This document shows, piece after piece, positions 52,216 through 64,000 of a DNA stretch of 64,000 nucleotides. The DNA lies in the NCBI GenBank assembly GCA_040357565.1, contig JBDODJ010000056.1; one strand, 5' to 3'. This DNA is from Cercozoa sp. M6MM (Eukaryota > Protista > Endomyxa: Ascetosporea). Under the pieces are notes generated by a model. It was not told the DNA's origin. It did not search any database and was given only the letters and a program-made list of their open reading frames with translations. Made by a program: the position numbers and the translations under genes. Numbering within the stretch: the first letter of the stretch is position 1; every line of letters starts with the position of its first letter.

Positions 52216-54041
52216 CGCCATTCAAGGCACCACATCAGACACCCTCCCAGATGAGGCCAAACAACTGCTACTGAAGGTCTACAATGCCTGTCTCACACAT
52301 GGGTACTTCCCGAAGGCATGGAAACATGCAACTAAATTTATAGTGATGCTACCCAAGCCTGGCAAGGACCGTACAAAGGCAGCGTCCTACCGATCCATCT
52401 CGCTGCTGCCGTGCCTCGGCAAGCTACTGGACAAACTCATGAACAAGAGAGCATCCCAACAAATGAACACACAGTATGTATCCAAGTACCAATCTGGGTG
52501 GAAACACACATGTCAACGCTGGACACACTGGCTTACATAAACTTACAACAACAGGCAGAAATGGCAAAGAGAACAGGTGAGTACATGACAGTCATTAGTC
52601 TAGACATCAAAGGCTTCTTCGACAAGCTCCGCAAAGAGGGCGCAATCATTGCCCTGTCCAAACATGTGAATGGCAAAGAACTGCTACTCATGGAATCCTT
52701 CCTCTCAGACAGAACCATCTCGGTGAGAAGAAACGACACCGAATCAACGGACAAACAAGTCAACGGCAGTACTCCCCAAGGGTCATCTGCTGCCCTCTAC
52801 TCGCAAAGACCTTCCTCGATGACATGCACATACAACTGCAAAGAACAGGAGAACACATGAAACGACACCCCCGTAACTATAAAATTAAAGGAGCAGTAAC
52901 CACTGCACACAGTGTCGGATACGCCGATGACTCATACGTCATAGTAAGGACAACAAAGAGATCAGACATGCAGGAAGCGTGTAAGCGCTTCCTGGACACT
53001 GCCACCAACTGGGCAAAACGCAACGGCATGGAATTCGCACCCACAAAGACTCAGTTCATCCAAATAGGAAAGAAGACAATCAGAGACTTCAAATCAGAAT
53101 GAAAACACTGTCCCACGACAACGAGAGAGAAGACATCGAGCAAGTAGACAAAATGAGAGTTCTAGGTCTCCTCATAGACAGAAACCTGTCGTACGAGGCA
53201 CACGCAGAGCAACTACACCACAAAATCACTCGGAGGGTCAACACACTGAAAATACTGATATACACAAGGTCTGGACTCACACAATACCTAGCGGTACAGA
53301 TATACAAAGCGTGGATACTGTCATGCGCTCGATACGGCATCGCGCTCTGGTGGCACAAAATTGGCAGCACAAAATGGAGGAGAAAACTCGAAACAACACA
53401 ACGCACCGCCCTGAGGATATGCATGAGACTACCCACGAGCTCTCCTAATGAGGCAGTGTACACCATCACCGACACAGGAACAATCGGAGAGATGGCAGAA
53501 CGGGCAGAAGCGACAGAACTAATCAATCACTACGCTAAAGAGAGCACACTGTGTCTACAAACTGAAACAGCAACAACAAAGAACCACAACGCCTTCTCAG
53601 AAGGGCCAGAGTCAGAGCTCTACAGAAGACACACATCAGAACCCCGTGGAAACATATCAAGAACTCAAACAACTGCTCAGAATAGCCAAAGAGCGCAAAC
53701 TCAGCATCGCAGACATCCGCACCTTTGAAGATTCTCTGCAACAGACTTGGAAGCCTCAAGTACTACAACTATGTCCGTTTGTCTGTTTCGTTTAGGTATC
53801 GAGTAGAGAGACGGGAGGACGACGATGGGACGACCCGACACCGCCTGCGACGCCTCTCTACTTGTAGCCCGCTACCTGCACCAACCATGAAGTCGACTTC
53901 GGTGTCTGGGAAACGTCAAAAGGGAGTTGTATGGTCTACCCTAAGCGGGCGGTAGACGCGGCCATGCTCTTGCGACCCACCCCAGACTCGTGCAGGGGAA
54001 CTACATAGTTGGTTTCCTAGAAGACTCAACTAACTAACTTA
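52216..54041 (+). mobile_element. 5'-truncated, frameshifted non-LTR retrotransposon (I/Ingi/Tad-like LINE), copy B, with perfect 13-bp TSD
   Basis: RT motifs GYFPKAWKHA, PKPGKD..SYRSISLLPCLGKLLD, SLDIKGFFD, TPQGS, GYADD, LGLLID; (TAAC)n tail; TSD gttcttgattttc at 52203-52215 and 54042-54054. Confidence 0.95.
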
Positions 54042-55245
54042 GTTCTTGATTTTCGGGTTCGCGAAAAGCACAAGCGACACCGAGTCGCCGGCGGCGTCAC
54101 GCAGCGCCTGCATGCGGTTCTCCTCCTCGCGCTTGCGTCGCCTGACACAGAAAAAACTTTGCATAAGGGGAGAAACAAACAGTGGAAAGAAAGGATTGTA
54201 CCCAGGACCAGATAGGTCATCGCTCTTGACAAGCAGGCCCTTCATCGGCTCGCCCTTCATCAGGATGCGCACTCTCGCCTACGAGCACATGTAACAGATA
54301 CAAACTACGCAAAGAGAATGTGGTGTGTTGTGCGGTACCCGCATGTTGGCAGGAATGCGCGCACTGCGCTGTTTCGTGCGCTGTCGCAGAGTGTGCTCCT
54401 GCGAGACGCGCTGCTTCACAGCCGGCAACTGCGCCACCTGCTTGACACACACAAGCAAATCCCGCACATCACCTGTCGATACACAAGAGCACACAGTACC
54501 GAAACGATGCCACCAGTGCGACTCTGTCCGGTCCGTCGCACTCGCGCCAGTCCTACAAAGGCAGTGTAAATACGTATCCAGCACAGGAAGGTAATCTAAA
54601 TCACCCTCACGAGCACCAAACGCAGGTGACGGGAACTGAACGTTGTCGTGTCCCCAGAGCGCCACATCTGACACTACGCAGAGGGAACACAAGAGTGATG
54701 ATGGCAACACAGACGACAAGACAAGGCTCCAAAGGGCAAAGTGTCGGGTACCGTCAGATTCATGGTGAAGCACTGTCGACCAGGCGACGCAGTCGCGACA
54801 CAGCAGGTAGCGATGCGACAGACGTGTCACATCCCTAATGACATGGCGACACCATCACATAGCTGCACATACAAGAGGGAGGAGTTAGCTACCTCGGAGC
54901 ACACTGTGTGTGGAAGGAGATACAGCAGCGTGCACACTGCAACAGCTGCATCGACTGCATTGCCTTCTTCTTTCTCTGCACACACAAGCATAGGCACCTG
55001 ACACCCGATATTGGCCCTGTGTGTAAGAGTTACCTTGGACAGGACCGAGGTGTCCTCCTGCGCGCCTTCCAAGTCGCCGCTGTTGCGTGCACTGGCACAC
55101 TCGGGCCACTGACATACGGCGCACCTGTTCCGCCGCGCACACAAGAACACATCCAGTGTAGTAAGCAATGGTAGAGTAGCCTACTTGTGCGCAGGACAGC
55201 GAAAACGCAGAGTGCCACCGTCCATAGGCACTGTAGCAGCCTGTC

Positions 55246-55284
<39 letters not shown>

Positions 55285-55632
55285 GTACAAAAACACCAAC
55301 AACACAGGGACACATCAGTGCGAGTGTACATGCGCAGCGACGCAACGCCAGTGGTACCACCGTCCACACCCTTTGCAGACACAGACCATGTTCAACAAGG
55401 TATGCGGGTGCGTGGGAAAAGAAAAGTCGGTACCAGCAACAGCACAGCGAACCAGCACAGCTACACACTCAAAGTACCACTCATATATATCTATATATAT
55501 ATATATATTTAAGGTGGGGTTTGGAAGAAAGTACATCCATCGGGCGGCTTCGTGTCGCACATGACACCACCGCCGTGACACAACTGGCACACCGTGGCAC
55601 CCTGCTTGCACTTGCCGCACAGCCACCTGCCA

Positions 55633-55694
<62 letters not shown>

Positions 55695-57031
55695 ACATGG
55701 GCACACATGCACACATGCTAACACACAACAGCAAGGAAAAAGAGCACCTCGGTTTCTGCACGCCTCGCAGCATGTTCTTGCGGTCCAAGCGCGACAGTTT
55801 TAGCACCTGCATAAGAGGGGTGCATTGATCTCGACAGGCCTGCCTGACTATGAGGGCATACGGAATCGCGAAGTGCCGTCTCATCCAGCAAATCATCGCC
55901 CTACGCAATCATAGCCAATACAGAGAGACAGGCATACATAGCTATATAAAAATAGACATGTGCAGAGGTACCTGTCGTCGTCGTCGTCGCTGCATTATCT
56001 CGGCCAGCAATTCGTCGTCATGTCGTGGCTGTGCACATGGGGGTCATGTATCCTTTGTTGGAGGCTGTGTATAATTTCAGTCGGTGACTCACGTGATTGA
56101 CAACCTTGAGGGCCTTCAGTTCCGCGTCCACCTGTCCGCGCGGACGTGCGTATAATAAACCCAACAAGGAGCAGCACAACGTACCTCTGCGTCGAACACG
56201 GCGGCACCAAACAGCGGCGACTCGGCACAGCTGCGGTGGTACGCGCCTGCCCATGTGTGCACATGCATCAGGGAAAGGAAAAAGGAGAGATGGAGGAAAG
56301 GTGTACCAAGACAAGGACCGTCACACTCAAGCAGCGCACCGCCTGTGTACACGCACAGTCACATATATACATACACGCGTGGTTTCGTGTACCGGCAGCA
56401 CACTCGGAACACACGCGCTCGCCCTGTCACATACAGAGACATAGACATCAGAGTGCACCAGCTTGCCCTGGAGAGTTAAAAATACCTTCCAGATGCGACG
56501 AGCACCGCGACGTTTCACATCGGCCTGCATTTGTACGAGTCTGAATTTGTACGAGTGTAAGACGCAGATGGAGATAAACTGTACGTCCTGCAAGGAGAAC
56601 TCGTCGTCTGCATCATCCATCATGTCTGCAAGCACAGACACAAGTGTTAATGTGCACAGACATCTAGTGACACAGGCGTATACCCTTTTCGCTGTAGTCG
56701 TCGTCCCTTCGCTTGCTGCAGTCACAGAAATGACACATAGATAGACCAGTAGATAAGGGAGAATACATACCTGGTGTATACAGCGGTAGCTCTTCTGCGT
56801 TTTTTGTGCTGCTACAAACGTGTGGAACTTACAACACACACACACACACACACACACGCACACCCACACACACCCACACCCAAACACACACACACCCACA
56901 CACAGGCATAGACACAAGGCAGAGCAGGGATACCTGGCGCATGGACAGCGCAAGCAGGTGCTGCCGTTCACGCCGTCGTTTGGCGGCCTCCTTCAGTCGC
57001 GGTAGCCAGGTACGTGCCACGGAGCGCATGG

Positions 57032-57082
<51 letters not shown>

Positions 57083-58520
57083 AAGGGATACTGACAGGTC
57101 AACAGGGACAACTGGGTGGCAGTAAGGCAGCAGAGTACAGCGAGGGAACTGCGCCACCGTGGTGATTTGCACTACGATCGCCATCAACTATACAGACACA
57201 CGAGATGTCAAACACAGCAGAGGTATCTAGCATCAGGCTACATCGTCAAGCTGCGACGGGCCCTTGTTGGTTTCGTCTTCCTCTGCCTTCAGACACGACT
57301 CGACCAGCGGCTACGAGGATAAATACGACGTGATGGGCAGGAACACAGAAAACAGGCACGGACAGTAGCACCTCCAGAGTGCTCATAAACTGCTGCTGTT
57401 CGGCCAGTGACTGTACCTGTGTACCACACCACCCAAGTAGGTACCTACAGGAAGGGAAGGGAGAGGAGAAAGGCTGCGGCCTACTTCGTTCGAAGTGAGT
57501 CGACGCAGCAGATCGCGCGCATTTGGACCGGTCGCCAGTGCCTACAGAAAGTAGAAACTCACATCGTCGGTCTCTCAACTGATGCGTGTAGACAAAGAGT
57601 ACGCGCAACGAATCATCACCGCCGTCACCGACCACATCCTGTCGCACAAAATAGATACAGATAAGGCGTGACCAAGATATCAATTATCGTGCCAGTGGTA
57701 CCAGAGCCTTGCGCCAGAAGTCATCGTCGCCCACGTCGAGTTCACTCTCGTTGGAGTGCTGTAAATTTCCATAGCATAGAAGACATTGGTGCTAAAAACC
57801 AATTATACCAGTTGAGACACTGCTGAACCGAGCTCGTGCGTTGTCACTGTCGTACTCTGTGTTGTACAACACAGTCAGACACCCCACATAAATACCACTC
57901 ACACACATGCACAATCTAGAACACAGCGCACCTCGGCCATGATGCGGTCGATGTCGTATTTGTCGCTCTCGTCCTCGTCCTCATCGGCGTCCTCCTTGGA
58001 TTTGCCGGTGTCCTGGAGTGCCAATGTGCCCAGTCCTACACAGAAGTACAGATGGACTGATCAAACAAGCAACTCAAGAAGGAAGTAGGGTGGCTACGCA
58101 GCATGGAGTCGAGTGCCGACCGGTCCTCCTCGGGAACAATGCCCCTGGCCTTCTTGTCGCTCGTGTCGCCGGTGATGCGGTTCAGCACTGCAGCAACATG
58201 GCGATACATACGGAGATACATAAGACACACAAGACACCAGACACAGGTACCATTGCGATCAAGCGAGAGTTTCTGCGAGGCCCGGATGAACTGTACCACA
58301 CATGCGATCAGAATAACAGTAGTGAAGGACTCAGTGGGAAGAAGGAAGAGTACCATCTGTTGCTCGTAGGAGTTGCGCGTGACCAGGCGGTACACAGTGA
58401 CTGGTCTGGTCTGCCCGATGCGGTGGCAGCGTGCGCAGGCCTGGATGTCCTGTTGCGGGTTCCAGTCGGCGTCGAACATGATCACCGTGTCCGCCGCTGT
58501 CAGGTTGAGACCGACGCCAC

Positions 58521-58603
<83 letters not shown>

Positions 58604-59168
58604 GGCATAACATACACCAATACAGGAGAGTCAGGAGGGTACCAGCACGCGTGGTCAACAAGAAGGCGAAGCGACGCGGTTGTCCATTGGCGTCCTGTGC
58701 GCATACACGTGTCAGTGTTGGATCACACGTGTCACACGGCTCAAAGCATACCAGTGTCGGGTCGGTAAAGCGCTCCAGTGCAGCCGCACGGTCGTGCGAC
58801 CGAGTGGAACCGTCGATACTGCAGGTGACAACGCACACAGAAAGGAATGACAATCACACGCGAGTTGAGAGTGCAAAGTGTACCGTTCGTAGGACATGCA
58901 ACGCCATCGCAGAATGTCCTCGATCAGGTTGAGCACTCGCTTCATCTGCGAAAAGATGAGCACGCGGTGTCCCTCTGCGCATTAACGTTGGTGTGTGATA
59001 CTTCATTCAAGGTAACACAGACAGACCGACAGACAGAGACAGACAGACAGACAGGTGGGGAGTACCACCACGCAGTCGTTGCAACAGCTTGTCCAGCAGA
59101 ATCATCTTGCCACTGCACGCAAGCATGCGCTCGACAAAGAAAGACTCGGCCGTCTTTGAAGGGTCCTG

Positions 59169-59216
<48 letters not shown>

Positions 59217-59226
59217 NNNNNNNNNN

Positions 59227-59293
<67 letters not shown>

Positions 59294-61201
59294 CCGTAGA
59301 CTTACACAATACCCAACCATGACTTGTGTTGGCACTTACCTTGGCCACCGCCTTCATGAAGGCCGCGTCGCCTGTCTCCTTCTCCATCACGCCCTGTGTT
59401 TATTCCACATGAGTCCATCTCATGTCCATAACGTTAGTCCACACGCGCAGCTACCTCGATGAGGAACGGGTGATTGCACACCTTGCGCAGCTGCACATAT
59501 GAGCATGCATGTGTGCAATCACAGGTAACACACAAGACGTACCTCCATTTCGACGAGCATCAACTTGGGGATCACCTCCGTGTTGCCTGCAGCAGTTTCG
59601 TACAGAGTGTGCGCAGGCAGCAAAGCACAAAAAATAGTACCATTGGTAGCCACCAAAAAGTTGCGGTTACGCTCGTACACGGCGCGGTAATACATCCTGC
59701 AGGCAAATAGAAAAGGTGACGGGGAGGGGAAGGGCAGGCAGCTACTTTTGCTTGGTCGTCATCTCAACCGGCAGGATCGTTTCCTTCTTGGGTGGCAGCG
59801 CCTCCACCGTGGTTTTGAGGCGACGCAGCATGAAGGGCCGGATGCGCTCGAATAAAGCTGTTTGTAGAACAGAGGCATTACTCATGGAGCAGGCACAAAA
59901 ATACAAGCAGTGTACCTTTTGCCTGCGCAGCAGCGTCGTTCTCGTACCTGCTCATATTGCACAAACAAACCTATTGATGTTGGAGGCGGGGTAGAGAAAA
60001 AAGAGCTACTTGGCGGCGAATTCTCTCTCATCGGCAAATTGCTCGTCGTGTAAGAACCTGCACATACGCGCACGAGTCCACAGACCGTAAAGGGCAGGAG
60101 ACAGAGGCGTGGCTACAACAGCAAACTCCAGAGTTCCTCGAGACTGTTTTGCACGGGCGTGCCCGTCAGCAGCAGGCGGCGCTTGATGTCCATCTGTCAG
60201 CAGGATCAAGGGATACCCACGATACAGGGACACATCGAAAGAAAGGAACACAAGACGTACCTTTGTCAGGGCTTCACAAAGCTTTGACGTGCGCGACTTG
60301 AGTCGGTGTCCTGCATGCACAAGCAGAAAAACTTGTTAAAGTCAGAGAGTCCACGCGAGGTGGCCGAAGGCAGCAGGTGACAGGCACGCACCCTCGTCCA
60401 CGATGAGTTCCTCGAATGTAAATGCGCTCAGATACTGGACGTCTTGCACAACGGTTTCATACCTGCCATGCGGACACATAGTGCTGGTCAGGGTTAGCAG
60501 CACGTGCTAGTTGAAGAGTACGTGGTGAGCAGCACGTGGAACTTGGGAATGCGCTCCTCCTCCTCCTCCTTCTCCTGCTGACACATTTTAATGTTGCGTG
60601 AAAATCTAAAGGAAAGGGACAGAGGGCCTACGAAGGGGAAGTAGAACTCGTATCGGCGAATCAGTTCACGTGACTCGGCACCTAAGCACCGTCAGCCACC
60701 GTCAGTTGAATGGTGGACTGGCACGCAGTGATGTGTCCCAAACGAGTGTACCCTTGTGCGGATCGTGGTAAACAACGACGTTCATGTCGGTCCAGGTCTC
60801 GAGCGTGCGTTTCCAGTGACTTAGAGTAGACAGCGGCACCACGACCTGTCATTACCATCACACATACACAGAGGCACACTTTGTTCAGTCACTCTAGAGT
60901 ATCATACTAGAAAGGGGCCGCGCACGTTGCACTCGGCGTACAAGTGCTGCAGCAGCGCCGTCGACTGCACGGTCTTGCCGAGGCCCATCTCGTCGGCGAG
61001 GATGCCATTGCGCTTGGACAGCACGAGTCGGATGAGCCAGTTGACGCCATCCAGTTCTGCGCAACAACAGCAACAACAGCGGTAACAGCAATTGCTTCCG
61101 TCCGGGCGAATGATCGAGATACGGTAGGAGCGGAGTTTGTTGCCGTTCTTGTAGATGGGCGACTTGTCCTGTGCACGTGTTAGATGTGAGTACTGCACAT
61201 G

Positions 61202-61249
<48 letters not shown>

Positions 61250-61259
61250 NNNNNNNNNN

Positions 61260-61323
<64 letters not shown>

Positions 61324-62843
61324 CACAGACACACAGACACACACACACACACACAGACGCAGACACACACACAGGAGCTGGTGAAAGGATGTACGTAGTA
61401 GCGCAAACGACGCGATTCGGGCAGTTCGGACTGATAGGTGAGGATGTTAAGATAAGGAGCATATGAGTAGAAGACAAAGGACGCACCTTCTCCAGGTTGC
61501 GGTGCAGCAAATCGGACGGCACAATTTGGAATCGCTCGTACTCAGTGATCTGTCCGAAGAACACACTGTGTGGCAGCCACTCACCTTTTAGCCACAAGAT
61601 TGTACCTTCTGAATGATCTCGGGTCGCTGCGTGAGTCGCGAGACGTGTTCCCACGTGGCCTGCGAGTAGGACAGGCCTCTCCATCGCACGAGGTACTCCT
61701 TCTCCTCCTCCTCTTCATCTTCCTCCTGTGATTCATATGCATAACCACCACGTATGTATAGGAAGCAACAGGTAGTACTTCGTCCTCCATTTTCGGCATC
61801 GACTCGAGCCCCTTGAACTTCTCCTTGTCGTCATTATTTTCCTTTTCCTTGCCTTTCTCTGCTAACGCAATTGCAAAAGTAGGATGAAACACGTGTAACG
61901 TTTCAGTTGAGTGACCACCTTGCGTACCACGTGTGACAGCGCGCTGCGCAAAGATGCGGTCCACGCGGAAGAACTGCGGGTCGAACGGGTTGCCGTCAAA
62001 GTCGTGAAAGTACTGTATTCAGACACATACACATACATTTTGTCTGAGCAAACAGTGAGTTTGTTTTGTGGTACCTTTTCACGCAGTATGTTTAACTTTG
62101 CACGGAAACGTCGAACACGCGATCGAACCGACATAAAGCCGAAGCGTTCCTGTGCACATAGCTACCTCTAGCACGTATTTTTGACAGAAACGCACCTTCA
62201 TGGACTCCTCGTCGAGCCACTCGACGTCCCAGTACGACTTGCCCTGGATCTGCGCACAACCACAACAAATCAGAATAAAAGACAAACCAGAGAAAGGCGA
62301 ACCTTGAACAAGAACTGCTCCTGCTCGTGCCAGGCCTGCGATCGCACCAAGTACACAAAATGCAGACACATACATCAGAGAACGCAGTAAGTACGTCGGC
62401 GCTATCGACAGTATCGTCGAATGGCAGCGGCGGGATCTGCCACGACAGAATCCATCCACGCGACTGTACAAATCCAACAAACTACACCACAAGCACAAAG
62501 CAAAACAACGACTGCACAGAGAGAGGCAAGGTGCATACCACGTCACCGTAGATTTTCTTGACGGCTTCGCTCACGGTGTTGGGTGCACCTGCAGAGCACA
62601 CACCGTGCATCATGAGTGATTGCAATCTTGAGTGTGTGCAAGTTTTCTACCGAAAGGGACGTTGATCAGAGTGTCGTTGAACTCCTTGCCTTCCCGGCGC
62701 AGTGCCTGGTTTTCGTGGTGTCTGTTTCACACACATAAACACACGCCTCATGCTTGGGTACAAACGTGTGGGACAATGCGCACCTACGAGCAACGAGATG
62801 GAAGAACTCCTCCCACTGCATCTGTCGGTCCTTGACCTCCTCT
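54039..62843 (-). CDS. Chromodomain-helicase-DNA-binding (CHD6-9-like) SNF2 remodeller with C-terminal PHD-like zinc fingers; 5' end lost in assembly gap
   Basis: Chromodomains (GKSYWDVEW; [16 protein letters not shown]); [99 protein letters not shown]. Linkage of the 54039-57700 exons to the helicase is less certain. Confidence 0.9.
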
Positions 62844-62863
62844 CTGTGCCCACATGTCCCAGT

Positions 62864-62913
<50 letters not shown>

Positions 62914-62934
62914 NNNNNNNNNNCCGCACGATCG

Positions 62935-62976
<42 letters not shown>

Positions 62977-62992
62977 CCGTCGTTTTGTGCAG

Positions 62993-64000
62993 GCGTTCGA
63001 ATCGAAGCCCCTTTGTCTGAATTTAAGGAGTTCACAAAGGACCTGCCTCCTGACTTGCGAGGAGAGATGCTTCAGCACTCAGACTCCATTCGAGGTAAAA
63101 CAGTATGCTGACTGTCCGTTGACCAAATTTCCCATCTTCGTTTGTGTATCAGAGGCACACAATTCCTTCCGTCGTGCTGATGCTTTCTTTGTGGAACGTG
63201 ATCATGATGACGATTCCTCCGGAGCTGTAACTTTGCTGTCCCGTCTCATATGTTTGCATTTGTGTGGTACACGAGCAGGACCCATTCCACTTCGTGGCCT
63301 TCACTCCAAAGAATGGACGTGTCTATGAACTCGATGGTCTGCAGAGCGGTATTTCATCTCTTTGTCATATGTGTGTTGCTTTCTGCACGACTCCGGCTGT
63401 GTGCAGGGCCTGTGGATCTCGGCGAAGCTGATGATTGGCTGGTTCGTGCTGCCGATGTAGCATACTTTCGTTGGTCATAGATCGGCTAGACTTACGAAAC
63501 CCGTGTATTTATCCCAGGTGATCGGTCAGCGCATGCAGCACTACCAGGGCGAACTTCGGTTCACTCTGCTTGCTTTGGTAGGGACCGTTTGTCACACTGA
63601 GCAACACATTTTAACGTTCTGAAACGCTTCTCCAGGTCGCCAGCGACTATGCGAAATGGTGCCGCCAACGCGACCTTTTGAAGAGCAGCAACGAAGACAG
63701 CAGCGAGCTGCCACATCTAGAAATGCTTATTCACGAACATGAGGTGCTTTTATTTTCCATTTGTTTGATTTTTTGTGGAGACTCATCGGTCAGTGCTGAT
63801 ACAGGAAAAGCACCGGCTGTTCGAAGAGGAGAACAGACGCCGAAAGCACAACTACGTACTCAATCGCTCTTTTCCTTTACCGCTCAAGTGCTGATGCATG
63901 ATGCATGCCTGTGCTTTTGTGCAGGTCCCTTTCATGTTCGCGCTGCTGCGTGAGCTCGCAAAGGCAAATGAGTTGGAGGTACACTGCTGCAGTCTATTGT
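62993..64000 (+). CDS. UCHL5: Ubiquitin C-terminal hydrolase UCHL5/UCH37 (partial at both ends)
   Basis: LSEFKEFT, AHNSF, FHFVAF, VYELDGL..GPVDLG, ELRFTLLAL, and ULD tail ENRRRKHNYVPFMFALLRELAK. Confidence 0.92.

Larger units (their letters stand above)
15973..62974. repeat. Numerous intronic (TG)n/(CA)n microsatellites, several containing 10-N assembly gaps
   Basis: Tracts starting near 15973, 16526, 31074, 34657, 41637, 44332, 48371, 48796, 55247, 55634, 56834, 57034, 58523, 59170, 61203, 62865 and 62936. Confidence 0.95.

Noticed and set aside
1-64000. Alternative genetic code, non-canonical introns, CRISPR arrays, tRNA/rRNA/snRNA genes
   Set aside because: The conserved genes I traced splice with GT-AG introns and standard stops; no spacer-repeat arrays or recognisable RNA-gene motifs were seen by eye.

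Overview
Gene-dense, intron-rich eukaryotic (protist-like) genomic DNA in the standard genetic code. Genes are split by many short (~35-90 nt) GT-AG introns, so the ORF track shows only fragments; gene models here were spliced by hand and their coordinates are approximate. Recognisable genes: secreted alpha/beta-hydrolase, kinesin-8-like motor, aldehyde dehydrogenase, cystinosin, MAK16, senescence/spartin-domain protein, divergent formin-like protein, 3-hydroxyisobutyrate-dehydrogenase-like oxidoreductase, EF-hand protein, RsuA-family pseudouridine synthase, POP5, peroxisomal ABCD transporter, GST, a CHD remodeller and UCHL5. There are three decayed copies of one non-LTR retrotransposon with (TAAC)n tails (two with 13-bp target-site duplications) and a related 3' end. 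Main observations: a LINE inserted into the last codons of the CHD locus and supplying its new stop; an identical 20-mer on the 3' arm of two otherwise different hairpins (small-RNA-like); a perfect 17-bp intron/exon inverted repeat enclosing a 51-nt exon; a 5' splice-site consensus shifted to GTAC with +5G rare; sense-oriented intronic (TG)n tracts; and a possible pseudouridine synthase/EF-hand fusion. I found no CRISPR array, rRNA or tRNA, and no novel multi-gene system that the sequence alone establishes.
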